Below are positions 48,899 to 60,710 of a DNA stretch of 64,000 nucleotides, one piece after another. Location: contig NC_052158.1 in assembly GCF_902713615.1 (NCBI RefSeq), forward strand, positions 5,941,196 to 6,005,195, written 5' to 3'. Numbering within the stretch: position 1 is the stretch's first letter; each line of letters begins with the position of its first letter. The position numbers were made by a program, and so were the translations under genes. The notes beneath the pieces were generated by a model. The model was not told the origin of the DNA. It saw only the letters and a list, made by a program, of their open reading frames with translations, and made no database searches. Origin of the DNA: Scyliorhinus canicula (Eukaryota).

Positions 48899-49904
48899 CT
48901 GTCGGAAATGATATCACAGTTTGCTCACCGACGATTAAGCCCTTAAAATCCCCTTGACAAATTAGCAGGGTTGCAAAACAATGCACGGTTTGTTCTGAAG
49001 TTACATCACACGGAGCCGATGGAGCCAATATTGGGCAGGATGGCGTGTGCCCCTGGCAGGTGGGAAACCCCAGGTGTGGTGGAGGGCTCCAAATCCTCCC
49101 TAACAGCACAGTGGGTGTACCTACACCTCAGGGACTGCAGCGACTTGAAGACGGCAGCTCAGCACCACCTTGTCAAGGGGCAATTAGGGATGGACAATAA
49201 ACACCAGTCCAGTCAGTGAGCTCCAGACACATGAACAAAGAACAAAAAATATATGTACAAAGAGTGCCTGGGGAGAGTAAGAGACTGCGGTTCCAAATGG
49301 ATAACAGGGACCATGAAACTTAAATCAATGCTTATTAATCTCCATCTAGAATCTTGTCACACAGGAGGCCACTCATGCTATCCATCCTGTGCTAGCTCAT
49401 TGCAAGAGCTGTACAATTAGCCCCACACCCTCCTGCTCATTGTCTGATCAAATGTTTCTTTTTCAAGTCCACACATCCAATTTCCCTGTCTCTAAAGCGA
49501 GCCCTGAATCTGTTGCCTCCACCTTTTCCAACGTGCGCAATCCAGAACAACTCCCTCAGATCCCGAGGAGCTGAGGTTCCCCAGTGCTTATGCCGCTCCG
49601 CTGTGTCAGGCCAGGGGAATTTGCCGGAAGGCCCTCTTAAGCGAGGGGTATGTCAAGTTGACAGTGCACAGGGAATCCAGCGTGCTCCGAGTTATCCATC
49701 CTGTCGTATGAAGAAAGGAGAGTGGGAGGAGGGAGGGAGAGGCAGTGCCCAGAGAGGGAGGACGTGTGTGTCTGTGTGTGTGTCTGTGTGTGTGTGTGTG
49801 TGTGGGGGAGGGTGATGGAGGGAGGATGGCATGAAGGGACGGTAGGGAGTGAAGGAGGGGGGTGTGGGTGATGGAGGGAGGATGGGATGAAGGGAAAAGG
49901 GGAT

Positions 49905-50251
49905 GATTAGATTACATAGAATTTACAGTGCAAAAGGAGGCCATTCGGCCCATCGAGTCTGCACCGGATCTTGGAAAGAGCACCCTACCCAAGGTCAACA
50001 CCTCCACCCTATCCCCATAACCCAGTAACCCCACCCAACACTAAGGGAAATTTTGGACAATTTAGCATGGCCAATCCACCCAACCTGCACATCTTTGGAC
50101 TGTGGGAGGAAACCGGAGCACCCGGAGGAAACCCACGCACACACGGGGAGGACGTGCAGACTCCGCACAGACAGTGACCCAGCCGGGAATCGAACCTGGG
50201 ACCCTGGAGCTGTGAAGCGATTGTGCTATCCACTATGCTACCGTGCTGCCC
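49905..50251 (-). mobile_element. tRNA-derived SINE copy
   Basis: Reverse complement of head and core. Confidence 0.85.
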
Positions 50252-50269
50252 AAATGATGAAGGGGTTAG

Positions 50270-53200
50270 GAAGTGATGGAGGGAGAATGAGGGTGCAGCG
50301 GGTTTTGGGGTGATGAAGGGAGATGGGTGAAGGGGGTGAAGGAGGGCCATTGGGGTGAGGGGGGTTTGGGGCAGTGCAGTAGGGAGATTGGGGTGAATGG
50401 GAATGTGGGGGTGAAGGATAGAGATTTCTCGTGAACGGGGTTTTGGAGGTGAAGGAGGGAGATTGGGGTGGGGGGGCTGGGGTGATGGGGGGAGATTGGG
50501 GCAAAGGGGGTTTGGGAGGTCAAGGAGGGAGATTGGGGTGAAGGGGGGAGATTGAGGTGAAGGGGGAGATTGGTGTGAAGGGGGGAGATTGGGGTGAAGG
50601 AGGGAGATGGGGTGAAGGAGGGAGATTGGGGTGAAGGGGGAGATTGAGGTGAAGGTGGGAGATTGGGGTGAAGGGGGAGATTGGGGTGAAGGAGGGAGAT
50701 GGGGTGAAGGAGGGAGATTGGGGTGAAGGGGGGAGATTGGGGTGAAGGGGGAGATTGGGGTGAAGGAGGGAGATGGGGTGAAGGAGGGGTAATGGGGTGA
50801 AGGAGGGGTGATGGGGTGAAGAGGAATGTGGGGGTGAAGGATGGGTGATGGGGTGAAGGAGGGGGTGATCGGCTGAAGGAGGTTTGGGGGTGAAGGAGGG
50901 AGATTGGGGTGAAGTAGGGGGTGATGGGCTGAAGTGGAGTGCGGAGAATGATGGGATGAAGGGGAGTGTGGGGGTGAGGGGGGGTGATCGGGTGAAGATG
51001 TGTGGGGATGAAGGGGGCGATGGGGTGAAGGAGGTTTGGGGGTGATGGAGATTGGGGTGAAGGGGGTTTGAGAGGTGAAGGAACGGGTGATGGGGTGAAG
51101 GAGGGGTGATGGGGGAAGGAGGGGCGATGGGGTGAAGGAGGGGGTGATGGAGTGAAGGAGGGAAATTGGGGTGAAGGGGGGTGAAGGAGGGAGATTGGGG
51201 TGAAGGGGGTTTGGGGGATGAAAGAGGGAGATTGGGGTGAAGGGGGTTTGGGGGGTGAAGGAACGGGTGATGGGGTGAAGGAGGGGGTGATGGGGTGAAG
51301 GAGGGAAATTGGGGTGAAGGGGGGTGAAGGAGGGAGATTGGGGTGAAGGGGGTTTGGGGGATGAAAGAGGGAGATTGGGGTGAAGGGGGTTTGGGGGGTG
51401 AAAAGGGGGTGATGGGGTGAAGGAGGGGGTGATGGGGTGAAGGAGGGAGATTGGGGTGAAGGAGGTTTGAGGGTGAAGGAGGGAGATTGGGGTGAAGGGG
51501 GTTTGGGGGGTGAAGGAGGGAGATTGGGGTGAAGGGGGTTTGGGGGGTGAAGGAGGGAGATTGGGGTGAAGGGGGTTTGAGGGGTGAAGGAGGGAGATCG
51601 GGGTGAAGGGGGTTTGGGGGGTGAAGGAGGGAGAATGGGGTGAAGGAGGGGGTGATGGGGTGAAGGGCAGTGTGGGGGTGAGGGAGGGGTGATCGGCTGA
51701 AAGGTCTGTGGGGGTGGGGAGGGGTGATCGGCTGAAAGGTTTGTGGGGGTGGAGGGATTGATGGGGTGAAGGGGGTTTGGGAGGTGAAGGAGGGGGTGAT
51801 GGGGTGAAGGAGGGGGTGATGGGGTGAAGGAGGGAGATTGGGGTGAAGGGGGTTTGAGGGGTGAAGGAGGGAGATTGGGGTGAAGGGGGTTTGGGGGGTG
51901 AAGGAGGGAGATTGGGGTGAAGGAGGGGGTGATGGGGTGAAGGGGGTTTTGGGGTGAAGGAGGGGGTGATGGGTTGAAGGAGGGAGATTGGGGTGAAGGG
52001 GGTTTGGGGGTGAAGGAGGGAGATTGGGGTGAAATAGGGGGTGATGGGGTGAAGGAGGGGGTGATGGGGTGAAGGAGTGGGTGATGGGGTGAAGGAGGGA
52101 GATTGGGGTGAAGGAGGTTTGGGGGTAAAGGAGGGAGATTGGGGTGAAGGGGGTTTGGGGGGTGAAGGAGGGAGATTGGGGTGAAGGAGGGAGATTGGGG
52201 TGAAGGAGGGGGTGATGGGGTGAAGGAGGGGGTGATGGGGTGAAGGAGGGAGATGGGGTGAAGGGGGTTTGGGGGTGAAGGAGGGAGATTGGGGTGAAGG
52301 GGGTTTGGGGGTGAAGGAGGGAGATTGGCGTGAAATAGGGGGTGATGGGGTGAAGGAGGGGGTGATGGGGTGAAGGAGGAGGTGATGGGGTGAAGGAGGG
52401 AGATTGGGGTGAAGGAGGTTTGGGGGTGAAGGAGGGAGATTGGGGTGAAGGAGGTTTGGGGGTGAAGGAGGGAGATTGGGGTGAAGCGTGTTGGGGGTGA
52501 AGGAGGGAGATTGGGGTGAAGGGGGTTTGGGGGGTGAAGGAGGGAGATTGGGGTGAAGGAGGGAGATTGGGGTGAAGGAAGAGGTGATGTGGTGAAGGAC
52601 GGGGTGATGGGGTGAAGGGGGTTTGGGGGGTGAAGGAGGGAGATTGGGGTGAAGGAGGGAGATTGGGGTGAAGGTGGAGGTGATGGGGTGAAGGAGGGGG
52701 TGATGGGGTGAAGGATGGAGACTGGGGTGAAGGGGGAGATTGGGGGGAAGGAGGGGGTAATGGGGTGAAGGAGGGAGATTGGGGTGAAGGGGGTTTGGGG
52801 GTGAAGGAGGGAGATTGGGGTGAAGGGGGTTTGGGGGTGAAGGAGGGGGTGATGGGGTGAAGGAGGGAGATTGGGGTGAAGGGGGTTTGGGGGTGAAGGA
52901 GGGAGATTGGGGTGAAGGGGGTTTGGGGGTGAAGGAGGGAGATTGGGGTGAAGGGGTTTGGGGGTGAAGGAGGGGGTGATGGGGTGAAGGAGGGAGATTG
53001 GGGTGAAGGGGGTTTGGGGGTGAAGGAGGGAGATTGGGGCGAAGGGGGTTTGGGGGGTGAAGGAGGGAGATTGGGGTGAAGGAGGTTTGGGGGTGAAGGA
53101 GGGAGATTGGGGTGAAGGGGGTTTGGGGGATGAAGGAGGGAGATTGGGGTGAAGGAGGGTTGGGGGGTGAAGGAGGGAGATTGGGGTGAAGGCGGTTTGG

Positions 53201-53430
53201 GGGATGAAGGAGGGAGATTGGGGTGAAGGGGGTTTGGGGGGTGAAGGAGGGGGTGATGGGGTGAAGGAGGGGGTGATGGGGTGAAGGAGGGAGATTGGGG
53301 TGAAGGGGGTTTGGGGGGTGAAGGAGGGAGATTGGGGTGAAGGGGGTTTGGGGGGTGAAGGAGGGAGATTGGGGTGAAGGGGGTTTGAGGGGTGAAGGTA
53401 GGGGATTGGGGTGAAATAGGGGGTGATGGG
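50270..53430. repeat. Purine/G-rich minisatellite (GGGGTGAAGGAGGGAGATT and variants), 3.1 kb
   Basis: Direct reading; source of the three >1000-aa Pro-rich pseudo-ORFs. Confidence 0.95.
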
Positions 53431-53568
53431 GTAAGCAGTGTGAATGGCTGTGATCCTGCTGCCTGGGTTGGTAGATTCCACTTCCAGCCCCAGCCACAGG
53501 AAAGTCTCTCCCATCGTGCTTGCTCAGATCTCCACAACACTGGGCACCAACCAGCGCAATGCCTCAGA

Positions 53569-53797
53569 ACTACAACTCCCAGCAGGCACCGAGGCTGTGT
53601 CCCCCTCTCCCCAGCCCACACTGACACTCTTCCCTGCGCAGGTCCCCCACATGCAGCATGGGTAATGTAGTTCTGAATGGGTGATCGTTTCCATGGCGCC
53701 TGCACAGGGCCCACAGCTGCAGTGGATCAGATAAATCCCTCCACCTCCATCAGTGCTTGGCTGAGAAGAGTGAACTGACTGACCAATGGTGGGCGGG
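53569..53797. promoter_or_regulatory. Promoter-like cluster: two opposed ZNF143/SBS-type motifs plus CCAAT and GC box
   Basis: ACTACAACTCCCAGCAGGC (53569-53587,+), ACTACATTACCCATGCTGC (53671-53653,-), CCAAT 53783-53787, GGGCGGG 53791-53797. Confidence 0.55.
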
Positions 53798-54699
53798 TTT
53801 GCAATGCATGTCCCGACCTGATTGATTCAGAGAACCTAAACTTGAAATGAAAATGAAATGAAAATCGCTTATTGTCACGAGTAGGCTTCAACGAAGTTAG
53901 TGAAAAGCCCCTAGTCGCCACATTCCGGCGCCTGTTCGGGGAGGCTGCTACGGGAATTGAACCCGCGCTGCTGCCTCGTTCTGCATTACAAGCCAGCTAT
54001 TTAGCCCACTGTGCTAAACCAGCCCCCATTTGGTAGGTGAGGAGGGAAGAAGGGAAGGAAGGGGGAAGGATTCAATGGAGCGACGACGAAGGGAGGTAAC
54101 ATGAGATAGGGAAGGAGCAACTGGCAGCACTGAGGAGGGGAGGGAAGGAATGAAGAGGAGAGGAGTAGGGAGGGTTGGGACAGAGGGAAAAGGAACAATG
54201 GGGAGGGGAGAGAACTGAGTGGAGGCAGGAAAATATGAGAGGAGGAGGAGAGAGGAGATGGGGATGAGGGTAATTAGACAGAAATATGGATGGGGCAAGG
54301 AAGGAGTTGGGGGAGCAGGGCAGCGGAATGTGGAGGGGAGGAGCAAGGGGATATAGAAATTCAGAAGTTGGTCATCAATCTTCTGATTAGTTGAGTAAAT
54401 GTGGCTCAGGACCCTCAGCCAACCAGCCTGAGTTCAAAGGTCAGCTGACCATGTGATAGTCAACTGACTTTCTCCAACAGTCCACCCAAACATCACTGGG
54501 CTGTGATTGGATGTGAATAGTCACTCTCCACATTCAGTTCAGATACACTGAATATCAGTTATAATTCCACCTGATTTACCTTCCCACACAATGCCCAGTG
54601 TTTCCCGATGGCAAAAGACCAGTGTTATAGTTAAAGCAAATTAATCTGGCTACATGGTCAATTTTCACCCTCTTCACACTTTTTTCAAATTTATTTTTA

Positions 54700-55340
54700 C
54701 GGGATGTGTGGCTCACTGACTAGGCCAGCATTTGTTGCCCATCCCTAATTGCCCCTTGACAAGGTGGTGCTGAGCTGCCGTCTTGAAGCCGCTGCAGTCC
54801 CTGAGGTGTAGGTACACCCACCGTGCTGTTAGGGAGGGAGCTCCAGGATTTGGACCCGGCGACACTGAAGGAACGGCCGATATATTTCCCAGTCAGGATG
54901 GGGACTGACTTGGAGGGGAACCTCCAGGTGGGGGTGATCCCAGGTATCTGCTGCTCTTGTCCTTCTAGATGGTGGTGGCCGTGGGTTTGGAAGGTGCTGC
55001 CTGAGGAACCTCGGTGAGTTCCTGCAGTGAATCTTGTCGATGGTGCACACGGCTGACACTGTCCATTGGAGGTGGAGGGAGGGAATGTTTGTGGAAGGGA
55101 CGCCAATCAAGCGGGGCTGCTTTGTCCTGGATGGTGTTGAGCTTCTTCAGTGTTGGAGCTGAGCTCATCCAGAGAAGTGGAGAGTTTTCCATCTCATTCC
55201 TGACTTGTGCCTGGTAGATGGTGGACAGACTTTGAGAAGTGAGGCGCAAAGTTACCCGCTGTTGAATTCCGAGCCTTTGACCTGCTCTTGGAGACACAGT
55301 GTTTATATGACTCGCCCAGTTCAGTGTCTGGGGAATGGTA
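54700..55340 (-). mobile_element. L2/CR1-clade LINE 3' fragment
   Basis: ORF 54965-55354 ILGVTI..LNWASHINTV..RAGQRLG..LSTIYQAQVR..TIQDKAA; same family as 6860-7310. Confidence 0.8.
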
Positions 55341-55639
55341 ACCCCTAGGATCATGGTTAGGAAGCTCAGAAGTTGATTGACGATGAAACATTGGAACTTA
55401 GTGGACCCTTCAGCCCATCAAGTCGGTGCAAGGTTATCGGGGGCAGGCGGGATGCAGATTTGAGGTTACTGTCAGATCAACCATGAATTTATTAAATGGC
55501 GGTGCAGGCTCGAGGGGCTGAATGGCCTCCTGCTGCTTGCTCGTATGTCCTCTGCTTTTTCTAGGAGGGAGTTCCAGCCTACTACTGCCAGCCTATGAGT
55601 GACGAAAGGTTGCCAAGTCCCCAGTGGCAAGCAGAGGGG

Positions 55640-55886
55640 GGGGGGGGCCGACGGTGCGCTGGCCCCGGGCATCCATTAGATGGGGGCAGCAGCGTGAAGA
55701 GAACGGAGCGCGCCTGCGCACCGCGGTCGGCCGGAGCGCGCCTGCGCACCGCGGTCGGCCGGAGCGCGCCTGCGCACCGCGGTTGCCGCTGGTGAAGAGG
55801 CGGCTTTGCACTCGGCAGCTGGAGCGTGAACAAAAAGGGCGCAAATTCTCCCGAATTGACGGCAATCAATGCCACCAGGGGTGAGT
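55640..55886 (+). promoter_or_regulatory. CpG-island-like promoter/first exon with three 28-bp NRF1-motif repeats, ATG (MPPG) and GTGAGT donor
   Basis: (CGGAGCGCGCCTGCGCACCGCGGTCGGC)x2.9 at 55704-55783; ATG 55869; donor GG|GTGAGT at 55881. Confidence 0.55.
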
Positions 55887-55939
55887 TTTATTTATTCTTT
55901 ATCTTTATCTTTTGATCCATTTTTAAACTCTTCTCTGCA

Positions 55940-57370
55940 CCCTCTCTATAGTTGTCAACTTACTAAACTGTCGTGCCCAGAATTTGACATTTCACAGGGG
56001 ACAGAGGCAGGGCTGCCCATTGTCCCCCGTCCCCCCTTCCCCCCCGCACACATTCTCTCGGAGCCTGATGGCAGTGGCTACATTGAAGACCTGGAACCAG
56101 TCCACACACCACTTCAAACTGGTTGGTATCTCTATAGAGACACCGATCGGGACTCTCCCCTACCCGGCGGGGCGGGGGGTCCCGGCGGGATGGAGTGACG
56201 TCAACCACTCCGGCGTCGGGCCGCCCCAAAGGTGCGGAAGTCTCCTTTAGGAGCCAAGCCCTCACATTGCGGGGCTAGGCCCGCGCCGGAGTGGTTGGCG
56301 CTCCGCCTTCTGGCGTGGAAGTCCTTTGGTGCCACCCCAGCCGGGGCCGAAAGGAATTCGGGCCGGCGTAAGTCCGCGCATGCGCCGGAGCGTCAGCGAC
56401 TGCTGATGTCATCCCGCCGCATGACCTCCCAGGGTCAGATCGCCCTGCGCCCCCCCCCCCCCCCCAGGACCCCGGCGCCTGCCCGTGCCGCCAATCCCGC
56501 CGGTCAGGTAGGTATTTTGATTCCCGCCGGCGGGAGAAGCTTGTCAGCGGCAGGACTTTAGCCCATCGCGGGCTGGAGAATCACCGCGGGGGGGCCCGCC
56601 GACCGGCGCGGCACGATTCCCACACCCGCCGAATCTCGGGTGGCGGAGAATTCGGGACAAGGCGGGGGCGGGATTGACGCCGGCCCCGGGCGATTCTCCG
56701 ACCCGGCGGGGGGTTGGAGAATTCCGCCCACCATCTGTAAAAACTGGTGAAGATATTCGCCACATGTAGGACATGGAAAAACGGCAGAGAGATCGTGAGG
56801 GTGAAGGACGTGTACATGGACAGTAGATTAGCGACCCTCGGGGGACTAATGGCAAAGCACCAACTCCCGAGAGGCAATGAGCTTCAGTATTTGCAGCTGG
56901 AAAGGTTTCTCAGCAAGGAGACCAAGATGTTCCCCCGGCTTCCCAGACACACACTCTTGGGCACAATTTTGCTGTGAGGGGGATGCAAGTGCGGCGACAT
57001 AAATGGACAACTTGTAGAAAAGGTCAGGGCTCTGCTGGACGAAACGCGATGGAAATGGGTGGGGGTGGAGGAACTGGGTGTGGAGATAGAGGGGAGGACT
57101 CTGGATCGAGGCGCTGCACAGGATCAACACCTCCTCCTGTGTGGGTTAAGCCTGATGCAACTCAAGATGGTGCACGAAGCCTGTCTAACCAAGACACGCA
57201 TGGGCGGATTCTTCTGGAGGTGGAGGACAAGCATGAGCACTGTTAGGGGGCCCGGCCAACCATATCCACATGTTCTGGTCCTGCCCCAGGCTCTATGGGT
57301 TTTGAACAAAGTCTTTGAGGCCATGCAAAGGGTCGTGGGGTCAAGATGGAGCCATGTGGTAGTCTTTGTT
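55940..57370 (+). mobile_element. L1/Tx1-clade LINE fragments interrupted by a GC-rich MITE
   Basis: FHRGQRQGCPLSP (RT RGxRQGCPLS motif) at about 55984-56030; 3' ORF2-like peptide at 56747-56977. Confidence 0.6.
56135..56732. mobile_element. GC-rich Harbinger-type MITE
   Basis: Starts CGGGACTCTCC, ends GGAGAATTCCGCCC (imperfect inverted ends); no coding capacity. Confidence 0.6.
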
Positions 57371-57371
57371 T

Positions 57372-57916
57372 AAGAACAGTAAGAAGTCTTACACCAGGTA
57401 AAAGTCCAACAGGTTTGTTTCAAACACGAGCTTTCGGAGCGCAGCTCCTTCCTCAGGTGAATGGAGAGGTATGTTCCAGAAACATTTATATAGACAAAGT
57501 CAGAGATGCTGGACAATGCTTGGAATGCGAGCATTTGCAGGTAATCAATTCATTACAGATCCAGAGATAGGAGTAACCCCAGGTTAAAGAGCTGTGAATT
57601 GTCTCAAGCCAGGACAGTTGGTAGGATTTTGCAAGTCCAGGCCAGATGGTGGGGGGTGAATGTAATGCGACATGAATCCAAGATCCCTGTTGAGGCCGCA
57701 CTCATGCGTGCGGAACTTAGCTATAAGCTTTTGCTCGGCAATTCTGCGTTGTCGCGTGTCCTGAAGACCGCCTTGGAGAACGATTACCTGGAAATCCGAG
57801 GCTGAATGCCCTTGACTCATGTCGCATTACATTCACCCCCCACCATCTGGCCTGGGCTTGCAAAATCCGACCAACTGTCCTGGTTTGAGACAATTCACAC
57901 CTCTTTAACCTGGGGT
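57372..57916 (-). mobile_element. Penelope-like element 3' end with inverted partial terminal repeat
   Basis: ORF 57584-57820 QRRIAEQKLIAKFRTHECGLNRDLGFMSHY; 57576-57675 and 57817-57916 are inverted copies. Confidence 0.8.
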
Positions 57917-59287
57917 AGGGAAATTACTGGAGAGAATTCTTCGAGACAGGATCTACTTCCATTTGGAAGCAAGGGGTCGTATTAGCGAGAGGCAGCTTGA
58001 TTTTGTGAAGCGGAGGTCGTGTCTCACTAACTTGATAGAGTTTTCTGATGAGGTCACAAAGATTGTTGATGCAGGTAGGGCAGTGGATGTTGTCTATATG
58101 GACTTCAGTAAGGCCTTTGACAAGGTCCCTCATGGCAGACTGGTACAAAAGATGAAGTCACACAGGATAAGGGGTGAGCTGGCAAGGTGGATACAGAACT
58201 GGCTAGGTCATAGAAGGCAGAGAGTAGCAATGGAAGGGTGCTTTCCTGATTGGAAGGATGTGACTAGTGGTGTTCCGCAGGGATCAGTGCTGGGAACTTT
58301 GCTGTTCGTAGTATATATAAATGATTTGGAGGAAAATATGACTGGGCTGATTAGAAAGTTTACAAAGGTTGGTGGAATTGTGGATAGCGATGAGGGCTGT
58401 CAGAGGATACAGCAGGATTTAGATCATTTGGAGACTTGGGCGGAGAGATGGCAGATGGAGTTTAATCCGGACAAATGTGAGGTGATGCATTTTGGAAAGT
58501 CTAATATAGGGAGGGAATATACAGTGAATGGTAGAACCCCAAGAGTATTGAAAGTCAGAGAGATCTAGGTGTACAGGTCCACAGGTCACTGAAAGGGGCA
58601 ACACAGGTGGAGAAGGTAGTCAAGAAGGCATACGGCATGCTTGCCTTCATTGGCCGGGGCATTGAGTATAAAAATTGGCAAGTTATGTTGCAGCTGTATA
58701 GAACCTTAGTTAGGCTACACTTGGAGTATAGTGTTCAATTCTGGTCGCCACACTACCAGAAGGATGTGGAAGCTTTAGAGAGGGTGCAGAAGAGATTTAC
58801 CAGGATGTTGCCTGGTATGGAGGGCATTAGCTATGAGGAGAGGTTGAATAAACTTGGTTTGTTCTCACTGGAACGAAGAAGGTTGAGGGGAAACCTGATA
58901 GAGGTCTACACAATTATGAAGGGCATAGGCAGAGTGGATAGTCAGAGACTTTTTCCCACAGTAAAGGGGTCAATTACTGGGGGAGTATTGGTTTAAGGTG
59001 CGAGGGGCAAGGTTTGGAGGAGATGTACGAGGCAAGTGTTTTACACAGAGAGCAGTGGGTGCCTGGAACTCGCTGCCAGAGGAGGTGGTGGAAGCAGGGA
59101 CGATAGTGACATTTAAGGGGCATTTTGACAAATACATGAATAGGATGGGAATAGAGGGATAAGGACCCAGGAAGCATCGAAGATTTTAGTTTGGACGGGC
59201 AGCATGGTCGGCGCAGGATTGGAGGGCCAAAGGGCCTGTTCCTGTGCCATACTTTTCTTTGTTCTTTGTTTGTTCTTCGTTCTTTGG
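57917..59287 (+). mobile_element. CR1 LINE RT/3' fragment
   Basis: SCLTNLIEF..DVVYMDFSKAFDKVPH..SGVPQGSVLG; (TTCTTTG)n tail at about 59254-59287. Confidence 0.9.
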
Positions 59288-59323
59288 TGTGTCAGACCAC
59301 CCAGAGCTCTGGGGGCCACACCG

Positions 59324-59511
59324 GCTTCAGCCGGGTCTGCCAGCCACTCCGAGACTCTGGGTGGCGCTGCTGACTTCCACCCTAAGAGAAGTCTCTGCCG
59401 GGCGATCACCCTGGCCTTCACGTCCCTGATTGCCCGGCAGAGACTTCTGTTAGGGTGGAAGTCAGCAGCGCCACCCAGAGTCTCGGAGTGGCTGGCAGAC
59501 CCGGCTGAAGC
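59324..59511. repeat. Near-perfect foldback: 85-bp arms, 18-nt loop
   Basis: 59324-59408 versus reverse complement of 59427-59511: 83/85 identical. Confidence 0.93.
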
Positions 59512-59639
59512 GAGAGAAACTAAAATTCTCAATCAGTAGATCTGAGGAAAGATTCTATAATTTGTAGAAAATATTTACCAGCCGCTTCGAAGACCTGTTC
59601 GTAACCAACAACTAGGGGAGGGGGTCAGACAAGGAAGGG

Positions 59640-60157
59640 GGTACAAAAGAACAATACAGCACAGGAACAGACCCTTCAGCCCTCCAAGCCTGCGCCCACC
59701 ATGGTTCGTGCCTAAGCTAAACCCATCTGCACTTACGGAGTCCGTCTCCTTCCATTTCCACTCTATACACATATTTGTCTAGATGTCCTTTAAATGTCAC
59801 TATCGTACCTGCTTCCACCACCTCCCCAGGCAGCGCGTTCCATATATTCACCACCCTCTGTGTAAAAAAACTTGCCTTGCACATCTGTTCTAAACTTTTC
59901 CCCGCGCACCTTAAACCCACGACCCTTGATTCTTCTACCCTCGGGAAAAGCCTATCCACTTAGAGACTATCCACTCTGTCCATGCCACTCATAATCTTCT
60001 AGCCCTCCATCAGGTCGCCTCTCAACCTCCGTCGTTCCAGTGAGAACAGACCGAGTTTATCTAACCTCTCCTCATAGCTAATGCCCCCCAAACCAGGCAA
60101 CATCCGAGGAAACACTTCTGTACTCTCTCCAAAGCATCCACATCCTTCTGGTAACAT

Positions 60158-60192
<35 letters not shown>

Positions 60193-60225
60193 CCTAACTA
60201 AGCTCCTGTACAGCTGCAACAATAA
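59640..60225 (-). mobile_element. CR1 LINE 3' fragment
   Basis: LYRSLVRPHLEYCVQFWSP..DVDALERVQ; FFTQRVVNIWNALP. Confidence 0.85.
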
Positions 60226-60387
60226 TGAGGGGGTGCACAGGGGGAAGGTGAGGGAGAACAGCCAAGGGGGAGGGGGGAGGGGGGGGGGGGACGCACGCAA
60301 CACAGAGGAGAAATGGGGAGACTGGTCTTAAACCTGGCGGGGCACAATCCCTTCCCAGACGAAAAACTCCAATTAAAATATTTTTCA

Positions 60388-60710
60388 AAAATAAAAACCA
60401 TTAATCGTAAATAATCTCCACAAGTTACCTGAGGCATTTTTGGCACACGGGTCTCCCTCAATTCCCAAACTAACTAAAACTGTGCGGGATGCTTTATTAT
60501 CCTTTCTGGCTTTGAGGAGATGCATGCCACGGATTAACTGAAAAGTCGTTACAACTGTTCCTCGACTTGTTCACTCGCTGTTTGTAAATGAAAGCATCCC
60601 GCACGATTTTGGTTAGTTTGGGAATTGAGGGTGACCCGTGTGCCAAAAATGCCTCAGGTAACTTATGGAGATTATTTACGATTAATGGTTTTATTTTGTA
60701 AATGAAAGCA
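60388..60710. repeat. Inverted duplication (about 107-bp arms, 95-bp spacer) with a 16-bp direct repeat bracketing the right arm
   Basis: 60388-60495 versus 60591-60697, about 95% reverse-complement identity; TTTGTAAATGAAAGCA at 60581-60596 and 60695-60710. Confidence 0.9.

Noticed and set aside
50009-53714. Three >1000-aa Pro-rich, extensin-like ORFs
   Set aside because: All three minus frames of a C-rich strand lacking stops; the ends run into a SINE.
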